Positions 27,571 through 35,963 of a stretch of 35,963 nt of DNA are shown here, piece by piece (within the stretch, counting starts at the first letter, position 1; every line of letters starts with the position of its first letter). A program made the position numbers and the translations under genes. The notes beneath the pieces were generated by a model. That model saw only the letters and a program-made list of their open reading frames with translations, made no database searches and had not been told where the DNA came from. Source of the stretch: Promethearchaeota archaeon (GTDB lineage: Archaea; Asgardarchaeota; Lokiarchaeia; Sigyniarchaeales; SOKP01); the NCBI GenBank assembly GCA_016840165.1, contig JAEOSU010000099.1:1-35963 (forward strand), in the 5' to 3' direction.

Positions 27571-28542
27571 TTATGCTTGAATGGTGTAAAAATTCAAACT
27601 TAGAAAAAACACAAAGATTAATAATAAAGCAAGACCATGACTTCTTTTCAAGTATTGCCTTTTGAAGAAGAACGAATAGAAAATAAAAACAAGCAATAGT
27701 ATCAGCAAATTCAATATTAATACAAGATTAAAGGCTATATTCATAATAATAATAGTGCTAATCCCATAAGTAATCGAAATATTCCAAATTACCTTTCCAA
27801 TCATTCCACCAATCCCTATTTCAGTAGCCTCCTTCTTAATTGATTTAACTACTAAGGTTAATTCCTCTACATTGGTCATAAAACCTATAATAATAAAGCC
27901 AAAAAATGCCTCTGAGATCTCAATTATTTCGAGTATTTTTTCAGCGGAATATACTAGCAATTCTCCTCCAATAATAATTAAAATAAAACCTAACACGATG
28001 AGTACTATTTTCTTATATTTTGCAACAGATTGAGGTACTTCAATTTCTTTCTCTACAACCATTAAATTGAATTGGTTATCATTACTTTCATTTTTCTTAG
28101 AATAGTGCTTAATATTCCAACCAAAATAGATAATATAGAATAGAAGCGCAACGATACCTGATGATAATAAAAAAATATTTAATGTTAATCCAAGAAAGAT
28201 AACAATTAGTAGAGAAAAAATTAGAAGAATGTAGAATGATGAAATAGGACGTATTTTGATTGGCTTCACCATCAATGCTATTGAAAACGGTAAAGTCATA
28301 GCTATAATAGAGTTGCCAATAATATTCCCCATAGATATAAGCGGTAATCCATTAAGAGCCGAAATTATAGATGCTATTGACTCTTCAGGGTCAATTCCAA
28401 GAATAAGCATCCCAATAATGAGCGGTGATAGGTTATATTTCAAACATATCATTTTTAAATTATCCAAAAACAAATCTGCAGCAAAATAAATAATGAAATA
28501 CCCTCCAATGAACAGACTAATCCAAAATAATAACTCCCACAT
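27571..28542 (-). CDS. CaCA family (YrbG/NCX-like) cation exchanger, divergent
   Basis: About 10 TM in two repeats, with alpha-repeat positions GIDPEE...GNIIGN and MTNVEE...GGMIGK..WN, plus GGELLV.SA...ISE. Confidence 0.75.
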   Translation of the reverse strand: MWELLFWISLFIGGYFIIYFAADLFLDNLKMICLKYNLSPLIIGMLILGIDPEESIASIISALNGLPLISMGNIIGNSIIAMTLPFSIALMVKPIKIRPISSFYILLIFSLLIVIFLGLTLNIFLLSSGIVALLFYIIYFGWNIKHYSKKNESNDNQFNLMVVEKEIEVPQSVAKYKKIVLIVLGFILIIIGGELLVYSAEKILEIIEISEAFFGFIIIGFMTNVEELTLVVKSIKKEATEIGIGGMIGKVIWNISITYGISTIIIMNIAFNLVLILNLLILLLVFIFYSFFFKRQYLKRSHGLALLLIFVFFLSLNFYTIQA

Positions 28543-28649
28543 CTTTAATTTCTATTTTATTAAATGAGAATATGCTTTTAAATTAGCATTAAATTCGAAA
28601 ATTAAACCGGATTAGATAATAATAATAAAATAGAAGGAAAAAGAAGAAT

Positions 28650-28805
28650 TTATTCTTTTCTAAGAATGGTACTTAATTCCGTTTTTAGTAGATCTCGAAT
28701 AGCAACTCGTATCACTTCAGATCGGTTAGGATAAAGCTCCATATTAACTAGCTCTTCAATTCCCTTTAGATAAGCTTCTGGAATATGACAAGTTATAAGT
28801 TTTAT
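28650..28805 (-). CDS. Ribbon-helix-helix (CopG/Arc/MetJ; CdrS-like) transcription regulator, 51 aa, ATA start
   Basis: AAGGTGA-TTTAG-ATA then KLITCHIPEAYLKGIEELVNMELYPNRSEVIRVAIRDLLKTELSTILRKE*. Not in the ORF track. Confidence 0.85.
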   Translation of the reverse strand: MKLITCHIPEAYLKGIEELVNMELYPNRSEVIRVAIRDLLKTELSTILRKE

Positions 28806-29030
28806 CTAAATCACCTTAATTGATATTAAACTTGATATTTTTATTAATTAGGAGCAAAAGCATGATAATATAAGAATGTAATACTACGATAATACTCTCC
28901 AAACTACCTTTTAAACCCTTAAGTTAGATTTTTCATAAACTTCTAATTTTCTATAACACCAAACTTTAAATGCTTCGGTCACCGATACTACTATAATCGA
29001 TGTATTTTTAAAAATCTTAAGTTGAACCTT

Positions 29031-29645
29031 ATGGCCGAAAAAATAGCAAATAAATTTGAAAAAACCATGAAAAAGGGTTTTGTCAACATATTTGTACTTT
29101 TGGTTTTGAATAAAGAACCTACGCACGGATATCAAATAAAAAAGCTGATAGAAGAAAGAACATCTGGATTTTGGTCGCCTTCAGATTCAACAATGTATAC
29201 AATACTTAATAAATTACGAGATAAGGGTCTGATAAAACTAAGTGATCAAGATCCAGAGGATGTACGAAAAGTGTATGAACTTACTAAAAAAGGAAAAGAC
29301 ACTCTAAAACTAATGATTGAACGTGAGCGAGAAATGAGGGATTCGATGAGAGCAATTTTATTTTCTACTACTGATATAGAAGATGATTTTTTTGAGGAAT
29401 CTTTATTAGACATTATATTACGGGGCCCTAAGGTGAATAAGTCTCCAATTCATGGTTCTCAAATTGATGGTCCTTTTATGGGACCCTTTGGAGCGAGAAT
29501 TCTTTCAGATCTCAAAGGAAAACCCAAAGAAGAACAACTAAAATTGTTAAAAACTGGAAGGACTTTCATAGAAGATCGAATTCAAAATTTTGAACAGATT
29601 TTAGAAAACATCGAAAAAAATATCTCAGATTTAGAATCTGAATAA
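29031..29645 (+). CDS. PadR family transcriptional regulator
   Basis: KGF..IFVL.VL.KEPTHGYQI, SPSDSTMYTILNKL..KGLI and RKVYELTKKG. ATG at 29031 (TTG at 29022 possible). Confidence 0.92.
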   Translation: MAEKIANKFEKTMKKGFVNIFVLLVLNKEPTHGYQIKKLIEERTSGFWSPSDSTMYTILNKLRDKGLIKLSDQDPEDVRKVYELTKKGKDTLKLMIEREREMRDSMRAILFSTTDIEDDFFEESLLDIILRGPKVNKSPIHGSQIDGPFMGPFGARILSDLKGKPKEEQLKLLKTGRTFIEDRIQNFEQILENIEKNISDLESE

Positions 29646-29679
29646 AATTCAATAAAAATCAAACAAATAAGCGAATAAA

Positions 29680-30726
29680 ATGACAGAAACGGTAATTAAA
29701 TTAGAAAATCTAACAAAACGCTTTGGAAATTTTACGGCAGTAGATCACATCAACTTAGATGTATGCCGCGGTGAAACTATAGGATTAGTAGGTCCAAATG
29801 GGGCGGGCAAGACGACGACGATTAAAATGATCGCAAAAATTTTAAGACCTAATGAAGGAAAAATTCTAATTCGGACAAATCACAGTGGTTTGGTGGATTT
29901 AGAAAACGTTTCAAGTACAGTTAGTCAAATGGGATTTTTAATTGATATTCCAAGTTTTTATAATATGACGGCTTATGAATTGCTAAAGTATTTTGCAAAA
30001 ATTCAGAAATATCCAAGGGATAAGATTGATTCGAGAATTGACGAGCTTCTCTCATTGTTTAAGCTCTCGGAATGGAAATATGAGAAAGTAAAGAATTTTT
30101 CTAAAGGTATGACTCAAAAACTCGGAATTATCCAAGCGATTATTCATGATCCTGACATCATAATATTGGATGAACCCCAGACCGGATTAGATCCTCTAGC
30201 ACGTATTGAAATTCGTAAATACATTCGAAAATTGCAATCATTAGGGAAAACTATATTTGTTGCCTCCCATATGCTCTATGAAATCTCAGAGGTTTGCGAT
30301 AAGATTGCCCTAATAAATTATGGAAAAATCATTGGATTTGATACTGTAGAAAACTTAGCTCGCATATTAAAAACAAGTATTCTAAAAGCTAAAGTTTTAA
30401 ACAAAATAGAAGCTAATGAATTAGGACCTATAATAGAGCGATTATCTAATCGACTTAAACCTTATTTAGATCAAGAACTAGACCCTAGCATCTCAAAAGT
30501 TCCAGTTACTTATCGACCTGATAAACAAGCATTACGATTTTATTATGATGGAAAAATTAATTCACAAGCAGAGATTTTATCAATTTTGATCAAAGAATTT
30601 GATACTGATTTTACACTTACGTCTTTTACTCAGCCAAAGACCTCTCAATTGGAGATGGTTTATGAAGAAATGGTTAAAGATAATCTTCCAGAGGGTAATA
30701 ATACACGAAAGGGGGGTGCTAAGTAA
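29680..30726 (+). CDS. ABC-2 type transporter ATP-binding protein
   Basis: GPNGAGKTT, FSKGMTQK, IILDEPQTGLDP and ASH. Confidence 0.95.
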   Translation: MTETVIKLENLTKRFGNFTAVDHINLDVCRGETIGLVGPNGAGKTTTIKMIAKILRPNEGKILIRTNHSGLVDLENVSSTVSQMGFLIDIPSFYNMTAYELLKYFAKIQKYPRDKIDSRIDELLSLFKLSEWKYEKVKNFSKGMTQKLGIIQAIIHDPDIIILDEPQTGLDPLARIEIRKYIRKLQSLGKTIFVASHMLYEISEVCDKIALINYGKIIGFDTVENLARILKTSILKAKVLNKIEANELGPIIERLSNRLKPYLDQELDPSISKVPVTYRPDKQALRFYYDGKINSQAEILSILIKEFDTDFTLTSFTQPKTSQLEMVYEEMVKDNLPEGNNTRKGGAK

Positions 30727-30727
30727 T

Positions 30728-31579
30728 ATGATGGAACAGAGTGAGAATGGAATTGGCTTAGTTCCTATAATTGATACGGTAATATTTGAAATGAAGAAAC
30801 AAAAAAAGAAATTTTATTTCTTTCTTGGAGTTGCAATTTTAGTCGCAATTTTGCAAGGTTATTTACTCCAATTATTTCCCGAAAATCTTTTATCAGATAC
30901 GCAGACGGAATTTTATAGGAGTGGATTAGGGTTTATATCTTTACTAACATTGTTTGCGGCATGTTTATTTTTCTCGGGGATTATCTGTTCTGAGTTCAAT
31001 AAACGAACGGGATTTATAGTCTTTCCTAAAATCAATAAATACAAACTGATAATTGGGAAATACCTTGGGAACTTAATATTAGTGGTATTTATTATTACGG
31101 TCTATTACTTTATTCTTGGAATCCTAGGCATCTATTATTATGGAGGATTAATTAATATCCGATTCTTTTACTCCTATGGTTTTGCTGTGCTATATGTCAT
31201 TGCATTAAGTAGTTTTGTCACATTATTTAGTTCTTTTATGAAAAGTGAGACAGTTACCATCATTATCAGCCTATTGATTCTGTTAATAGGATTAAATTTC
31301 GCAGATCAAATCATAACACTGGTATTTAGAGACGCATTTGAGCCATTATATTCATTATCATATCTAGGGAACATTATATCTTCAATTTTAGAATTTCCAT
31401 TCCCAGATCCCCGGTATAGTGAATTTTCTTTTAGTGGAATGGGTCCTTTTGGAGGAGGAAGTTTTATAATCGGTACCTGGCTAACACCAAGCATCGAAAT
31501 GGCAATTATCTTGTTATTAACATACATTATTTTATGTTTTATCTTAGCAGCATTATTATTCAAAAGGAGGCAGCTATAA
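30728..31579 (+). CDS. ABC-2 type transporter permease
   Basis: About 6 TM with SEFNKRTG...PKINK..LIIGKY and FKRRQL C-terminus. ATG at 30728 directly follows the ATPase stop. Confidence 0.9.
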   Translation: MMEQSENGIGLVPIIDTVIFEMKKQKKKFYFFLGVAILVAILQGYLLQLFPENLLSDTQTEFYRSGLGFISLLTLFAACLFFSGIICSEFNKRTGFIVFPKINKYKLIIGKYLGNLILVVFIITVYYFILGILGIYYYGGLINIRFFYSYGFAVLYVIALSSFVTLFSSFMKSETVTIIISLLILLIGLNFADQIITLVFRDAFEPLYSLSYLGNIISSILEFPFPDPRYSEFSFSGMGPFGGGSFIIGTWLTPSIEMAIILLLTYIILCFILAALLFKRRQL

Positions 31580-31580
31580 A

Positions 31581-32543
31581 ATGAAGATATTAGGTAAAAA
31601 ATCTAAAATCGGTTTGATTTTAGTACTTGGAATGTTTATATCAGGATTTCTTTTTACTAGTGTATCTGCAGCTATAACATATCGATTAACTTTAACCAAA
31701 GGAACAGAAGAATTTACCGTAATTACCTATGATAAAGAAGCTTGGAACTCGACAGTAAATTCCACATTAAATCCCAGTGACTGGTTTGAAGGTGATAGTA
31801 ATATCACAAATGCTAAAAGTAAGATAACACTCAAAGGATGGACTACTGATACCTGGACAATTTATGATTGGTTAATCTCCATATTCTTACCACAGTATTA
31901 TACTTCTGAAGAAATTTTTCTATTATTAGGAATCATGGATTCACAAGGATATAATGAAACTACAATCAATGCAAATTATACTCAAATTTATCCGTTATGG
32001 TACGGATTACGCTCAGTTTGGAATTTCACTAATAATGGATATGAAGAAAGCCCAAGCTATCTTGATGGAATCATTATACTTCAAAACCCATCAAGCTACA
32101 AGACTGTTTTAGACGATTATCATATTCTTGCGAATAATTTAAATGCAAATATAGCTATTCAGATGGCGGGATATAGTTTTGCAAATATAACTGCTGATGA
32201 ATTTCTATGGCAATTAGTTTTCAGTGGATTTGGGATCGCAGAACCCCAATCAGAATATCTGGCTGAAGTTGTTAATGAGCTTGGAAGTGAAAACGTAACA
32301 AATAGCGGAAATACTCTCATATTTGAACGTAATGGTCTTGCAAATTATACAGTAGAGATCTCATATGGAATAAAAGGAATGATGTCTTCTTTCACAGTTA
32401 AAGATGCTGTTGGTACCACGATCTTTCAAATTAATAGCTCTAATTCAGATTGGATCTTTTATTTAATCCTAATAATTATATCATCAATAGCGGTTGGATT
32501 AGTGATATTTATTATCATTAGGAAAAGAAAATTGAAAAGATAA
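31581..32543 (+). CDS. Secreted glycoprotein with C-terminal TM anchor (last gene of the PadR-ABC operon)
   Basis: Signal peptide ending ...SVSA, many N-x-S/T sequons, and a C-terminal TM followed by RKRKLKR. Confidence 0.75.
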   Translation: MKILGKKSKIGLILVLGMFISGFLFTSVSAAITYRLTLTKGTEEFTVITYDKEAWNSTVNSTLNPSDWFEGDSNITNAKSKITLKGWTTDTWTIYDWLISIFLPQYYTSEEIFLLLGIMDSQGYNETTINANYTQIYPLWYGLRSVWNFTNNGYEESPSYLDGIIILQNPSSYKTVLDDYHILANNLNANIAIQMAGYSFANITADEFLWQLVFSGFGIAEPQSEYLAEVVNELGSENVTNSGNTLIFERNGLANYTVEISYGIKGMMSSFTVKDAVGTTIFQINSSNSDWIFYLILIIISSIAVGLVIFIIIRKRKLKR

Positions 32544-32610
32544 ACTCTGAAATATTTTTTTTAATTCTATTTTATATTTTAAAATAAAAAGAAAAGGAAA
32601 TATTAGTCTT

Positions 32611-35187
32611 TTAATCATTTTCTGAAGGTTCTTTGAAAGATTTAATTCCTTCTGGATAAAGGTTGGTTAAATCGCGTGGAGTTATGTCATAACCGCCTTC
32701 TTTCATGAAGTAGTAGAGTTTTTGTTTATTAAAATCTAGCGAATAATCCATAACTTCGATTGAAAATAGCGTATAGGCAAATGCAGTTAAAAAGGGGGTT
32801 CCCCAGAACATCACGAATACCATAAAGAATCCGAAAATAGCATTAAAAATGCCTGCCTCTCCACCTGTATTAAAGAATCCAGAAAAATCGACTGTACTTA
32901 AGAAGCTACCAAAGGTGATTAACGCAGAAATTCCTGCAATCCCCTTTATTATTGATTGTGCCCATATACTAATCGGTTCGATATCACCAGGTCTTCGATG
33001 ACTTTTAGGTTTTAGATAATAAATTACTCCCGCATCATCCAGCAGAAAATTTCCCGATATGAAAAAAGAGAAGATAAGGAATGTTAGAATCATTGGTAGC
33101 AGACAAAGTAAATTATAACCTATGATAAACTGAAAAAACTCAGTTGAAGCAAATACTTCAAAACCCTGAGGATAACCTAATAATGGAGCCAATGTGTTAT
33201 ATGAATAGAAAGCAACAGCGATAGAGAGTAATAAAGGTAAGACTATTCTTTTTAGCCTAACTATTGTGCTAAGATCTTGTCTTTCACTCATATCTTCAAC
33301 AATTATATCGTGGTCATAACTTTTTGATATCTTAAAAAAAGCTTCACGCAATTTAATGAATAAATATGCAAATTGAGGTGAAAACCCATTATATATAGCT
33401 GCTGTTAAGGGCAATAATCCGTACCATATAATTGTTACCGATAGATAAATGACCGTAATACTTGTCATTTCATCTCCAGTTATAAGCGTACTATTGAATA
33501 TATTTAATTGCATTAGAAACAAAAGTATGCTCAATGTCATCATTGCTATAACAAAAATATTCACGATTACTGCGAGCCTTGATTTTTTCAAATATTCCCG
33601 ACTAAATTTAACTCTTCGAGCATTTCTAATTATAATTCCCACCCCTATTATTATGCAGGCACATAGGATAATGAATAAAGGAATTCCTAAAGGAAATGCT
33701 GATGATAACCATATCCCGGTTGGTTTTGAGGAGGATAAAGCGGCGATGCGATCTCCATCCATCGCAAAATCCCTTAATCCATCACCATCGAAATCGTCGA
33801 CTGTAATAATTCGAGTGGCGTGATAATCTATATTTAATCTAGCAAGTTCATTATTAGAGGGGAAGCTTATGATCCGATAACGCTGGACATTGTTCTGTGA
33901 TAAAAACGGTATGTATTCGGTTATAAACAAAATCTCGTTTACTAAATCACCATCAAAATCCTCTTCGAGTACATGAATTCTAGGCGTATTATCCTCAAAA
34001 TTTTCAGTATAAAACCATCTTTGAGTTTGTTCTGAATCAGTAATACTGAAAATGTAGGCGTTATAAGTCCTAGGTTCGTTATGAAAAGCAGCTGATATCA
34101 TTATATAAGCCTCTCCATCATTTTCACTAGGAATATATTTCAGTTCGACATGAGCATCGTTAGCATCTATTTGAAAATTTCCAATTATTTGTCCATCTGC
34201 TCCGCTAAATATAGTTACATTCCCATTATGAGAGGTCGTAACTATTTCAGAAAATCCATCAGTATTAATATCTTCAATTACAACATAATAATTAGTCCCA
34301 TCAAAAACAGTTTTAGAGTATACTGGAGTTAAGAAAGCGTTTGAACTAGTATTTAAAAGAGTAATTGATCCACCTGAGATAAAAAGTACAAAATCTTCAC
34401 CATTATAATTAAAGAACTCCAATGAGGGAGCGATATTATCATCTTCTGGCTGAAAATTATAGTTCTCGATAAAATTAGTATCAAATTGTGTCCCGTTAGC
34501 AAAATAAGATGAGATATTTATTACATAATAGTCTAAGGGAGGATAGAGATATTGAGCTTCTAAGAAAAGGAAATCAGGTAGGTTATCAGTTAAATCATTG
34601 AAACTGATCACATCATCAATGTAATTATTTGTAAAGTTGAATAAATCTCCCGTTTGGATATTAATTGGAGTCAAAGTTTGGCCATCTATCATAAAATTTG
34701 AAAAATTATTCGGTATTATTTCTACTTCCATCCTATCTTCGTCCCCTTCTACTTCATCATACTCATCCTCAACAGCAGCGAGGTTTATAAGGTAATCCTC
34801 AGCGCCATTCCCATTAATATCAACTATTGGAAAGATCTGCTTAACTGGATTATTATACTCTGTCTTATTAATTAACTCTCCTGATTTTCCATCAATTAAA
34901 TATACAGCTCCAAAATGTGGAGATTGCTCACATCCCTCTTCACGGCATTCTAGGATATCTAATCCAGCAATGATGTCAGAATTTCCATCGCCCGTTATAT
35001 CATCAATAAGCTGAATATTATATTGAAATGTTGAGTTTTCTTCCCTTGAACCCCATATCCATCCTGGTACTAACTCCATCTGAGTAATAAAAATTATCCC
35101 TAGTGTACCAAAGATTAATAGTGAAATCGCAAGCAAAATAAAATTTACTGGATGGGTTTCATCCTTTTTACGTTTCTGTCTAGTCAT
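32611..35187 (-). CDS. FG-GAP/VCBS-repeat beta-propeller ectodomain fused to about 7 C-terminal TM helices
   Basis: DDITGDGNSD, FGAVYL, DINGNGAED, DINTDGFSE, DFDGDLVNE and DFDGDGLRD. N-terminal TM plus seven hydrophobic segments after residue ~495. Confidence 0.8.
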   Translation of the reverse strand: MTRQKRKKDETHPVNFILLAISLLIFGTLGIIFITQMELVPGWIWGSREENSTFQYNIQLIDDITGDGNSDIIAGLDILECREEGCEQSPHFGAVYLIDGKSGELINKTEYNNPVKQIFPIVDINGNGAEDYLINLAAVEDEYDEVEGDEDRMEVEIIPNNFSNFMIDGQTLTPINIQTGDLFNFTNNYIDDVISFNDLTDNLPDFLFLEAQYLYPPLDYYVINISSYFANGTQFDTNFIENYNFQPEDDNIAPSLEFFNYNGEDFVLFISGGSITLLNTSSNAFLTPVYSKTVFDGTNYYVVIEDINTDGFSEIVTTSHNGNVTIFSGADGQIIGNFQIDANDAHVELKYIPSENDGEAYIMISAAFHNEPRTYNAYIFSITDSEQTQRWFYTENFEDNTPRIHVLEEDFDGDLVNEILFITEYIPFLSQNNVQRYRIISFPSNNELARLNIDYHATRIITVDDFDGDGLRDFAMDGDRIAALSSSKPTGIWLSSAFPLGIPLFIILCACIIIGVGIIIRNARRVKFSREYLKKSRLAVIVNIFVIAMMTLSILLFLMQLNIFNSTLITGDEMTSITVIYLSVTIIWYGLLPLTAAIYNGFSPQFAYLFIKLREAFFKISKSYDHDIIVEDMSERQDLSTIVRLKRIVLPLLLSIAVAFYSYNTLAPLLGYPQGFEVFASTEFFQFIIGYNLLCLLPMILTFLIFSFFISGNFLLDDAGVIYYLKPKSHRRPGDIEPISIWAQSIIKGIAGISALITFGSFLSTVDFSGFFNTGGEAGIFNAIFGFFMVFVMFWGTPFLTAFAYTLFSIEVMDYSLDFNKQKLYYFMKEGGYDITPRDLTNLYPEGIKSFKEPSEND

Positions 35188-35274
35188 TTTATAGCAAATT
35201 ATAATTATTTTAATTATAATTATTATATCGCTAGTTATATTTAATCATAAAGAATATTAGTGTAAGAATAAATT

Positions 35275-35290
35275 AAAAAGAAAAAAAAAA
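35275..35290 (-). terminator. Oligo-T terminator downstream of hsp20
   Basis: AAAAAG-A10 on + strand, i.e. a long T tract on the - strand about 100 nt after the hsp20 stop. Confidence 0.5.
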
Positions 35291-35301
35291 TAATAATATT
35301 T

Positions 35302-35373
35302 GGAGTGCTTTAGAGTTATTAATTCTCTTTAAACCCTCGTTAAAATGAAATTAATTAATTTCTAAAGTGCTCC
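35302..35373. repeat. Long imperfect inverted repeat
   Basis: GGAGTGCTTTAGA (35302-35314) pairs with TCTAAAGTGCTCC (35361-35373), with further AT-rich inner pairing. Confidence 0.7.
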
Positions 35374-35386
35374 CCTTAATTTTGCA

Positions 35387-35863
35387 TTAATTATTCTCAT
35401 CATTAATATTAATGTTTTTCGCAGGCTTTTTGTTGACAATGATTCTTAGCAAGCCATTATTCATTTTAGATGAGATTAAATTCTCATCAGCATCAGCGGG
35501 TAAGGGAATATCCATATTAACATCAATAAATCGAAATCCCATGCCAGGATAAGGGTGTTTTTTCTCTTTTTCTTTTCCTAATTCACCTTCATATTCAGGA
35601 ATGTTAGGTTTGCTAGCGGTTACATTAATGATTTTATTTATAACTGAAACCTTTACCTCTTCTTTGGTTCTTCCTGGTAATGGAACTGTAATTAAATACT
35701 TGTCTCCATAATCTTCAATGTTATGAGGAATATAGTCTCCAAAGTTTCCCATAAAGTTTTTCATAAAATGACCTGCCATTTTCTTCATTCTTGCTATATC
35801 CTGGGGGCTGAAATTACAATGCCCTGTAAAAAATCCTGGACCATACCTTTCAACATTACACAT
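35387..35863 (-). CDS. Hsp20/alpha-crystallin family small heat-shock protein
   Basis: YLITVPLPGRTKEEVKVSV, IPLPADAD...SKMNNGLLRI and a C-terminal I-x-I (NINI). GAGGT SD. Confidence 0.88.
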   Translation of the reverse strand: MCNVERYGPGFFTGHCNFSPQDIARMKKMAGHFMKNFMGNFGDYIPHNIEDYGDKYLITVPLPGRTKEEVKVSVINKIINVTASKPNIPEYEGELGKEKEKKHPYPGMGFRFIDVNMDIPLPADADENLISSKMNNGLLRIIVNKKPAKNININDENN

Positions 35864-35963
35864 TGTTATATACCTCTTTTTTATTATTTTGTTTTCATAT
35901 TTTTTTAAAACATTGGTAAACGTTATTCCTCTTCAATTTTTATCTCAACTCTAGTTTTTTCTC

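Noticed and set aside
35303-35372. CIRCE-like half sites (GAGTGCT) near hsp20
   Set aside because: Wrong spacing and arrangement versus TTAGCACTC-N9-GAGTGCTAA, located 3' of the gene, and HrcA/CIRCE is a bacterial system.
368-35908. Shadow ORFs in the track (e.g. 368-760, 845-1051, 2592-2819, 4287-4589, 5889-6101, 9918-10103, 12712-13038, 16575-16808, 17208-17690, 20135-20422, 24099-24440, 25061-25294, 28911-29135, 33449-33823, 35723-35908)
   Set aside because: They are antisense or out-of-frame overlaps of well-supported genes with no motifs. 9918-10103 is the antisense of the cupin pseudogene.
1-35963. CRISPR array, rRNA or intact tRNA
   Set aside because: No regularly spaced repeats and no extended GC-rich structured RNA gene were seen.

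Overview
AT-rich archaeal chromosomal window. The taxonomic call is an inference: most likely an Asgard archaeon of the Lokiarchaeia/Promethearchaeota type, given GGTGA Shine-Dalgarno motifs, oligo-T terminators, a geranylgeranyl reductase, a TIGR04013-like radical SAM, DUF3303/DUF3795/DUF6125-like proteins and a TIR fusion. It holds about 32 protein genes, mostly solitary housekeeping or accessory ones: nadE, zupT, AlaX, GGR, Hsp20, a PadR-ABC operon, an orphan N6-adenine methyltransferase and a reductive-dehalogenase/QueG-like enzyme. I saw no rRNA, intact tRNA, CRISPR array, transposase or integrase. The highlights are as follows. (1) A 931-aa TIR + P-loop (STAND-like) + HEAT-like-repeat protein with NLR/Avs-like architecture. 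(2) That gene sits in an interleaved A-B-A'-B' arrangement of two short direct repeats: an 87-bp cupin 5' end (82/87 identical) and an 85-bp intergenic element (74/85 identical). They bracket two different cargo blocks, like two alleles of a swappable cassette locus placed in tandem. (3) A stand-alone PARP-type zinc finger in the second cargo block. (4) Two large proteins with an ectodomain plus about 7 TM helices (Ntn-hydrolase-7TM and FG-GAP propeller-7TM). (5) A CdrS-like ribbon-helix-helix gene missed by the ORF track because it begins with ATA. All family assignments and TM counts come from motif recognition by eye, not database searches.
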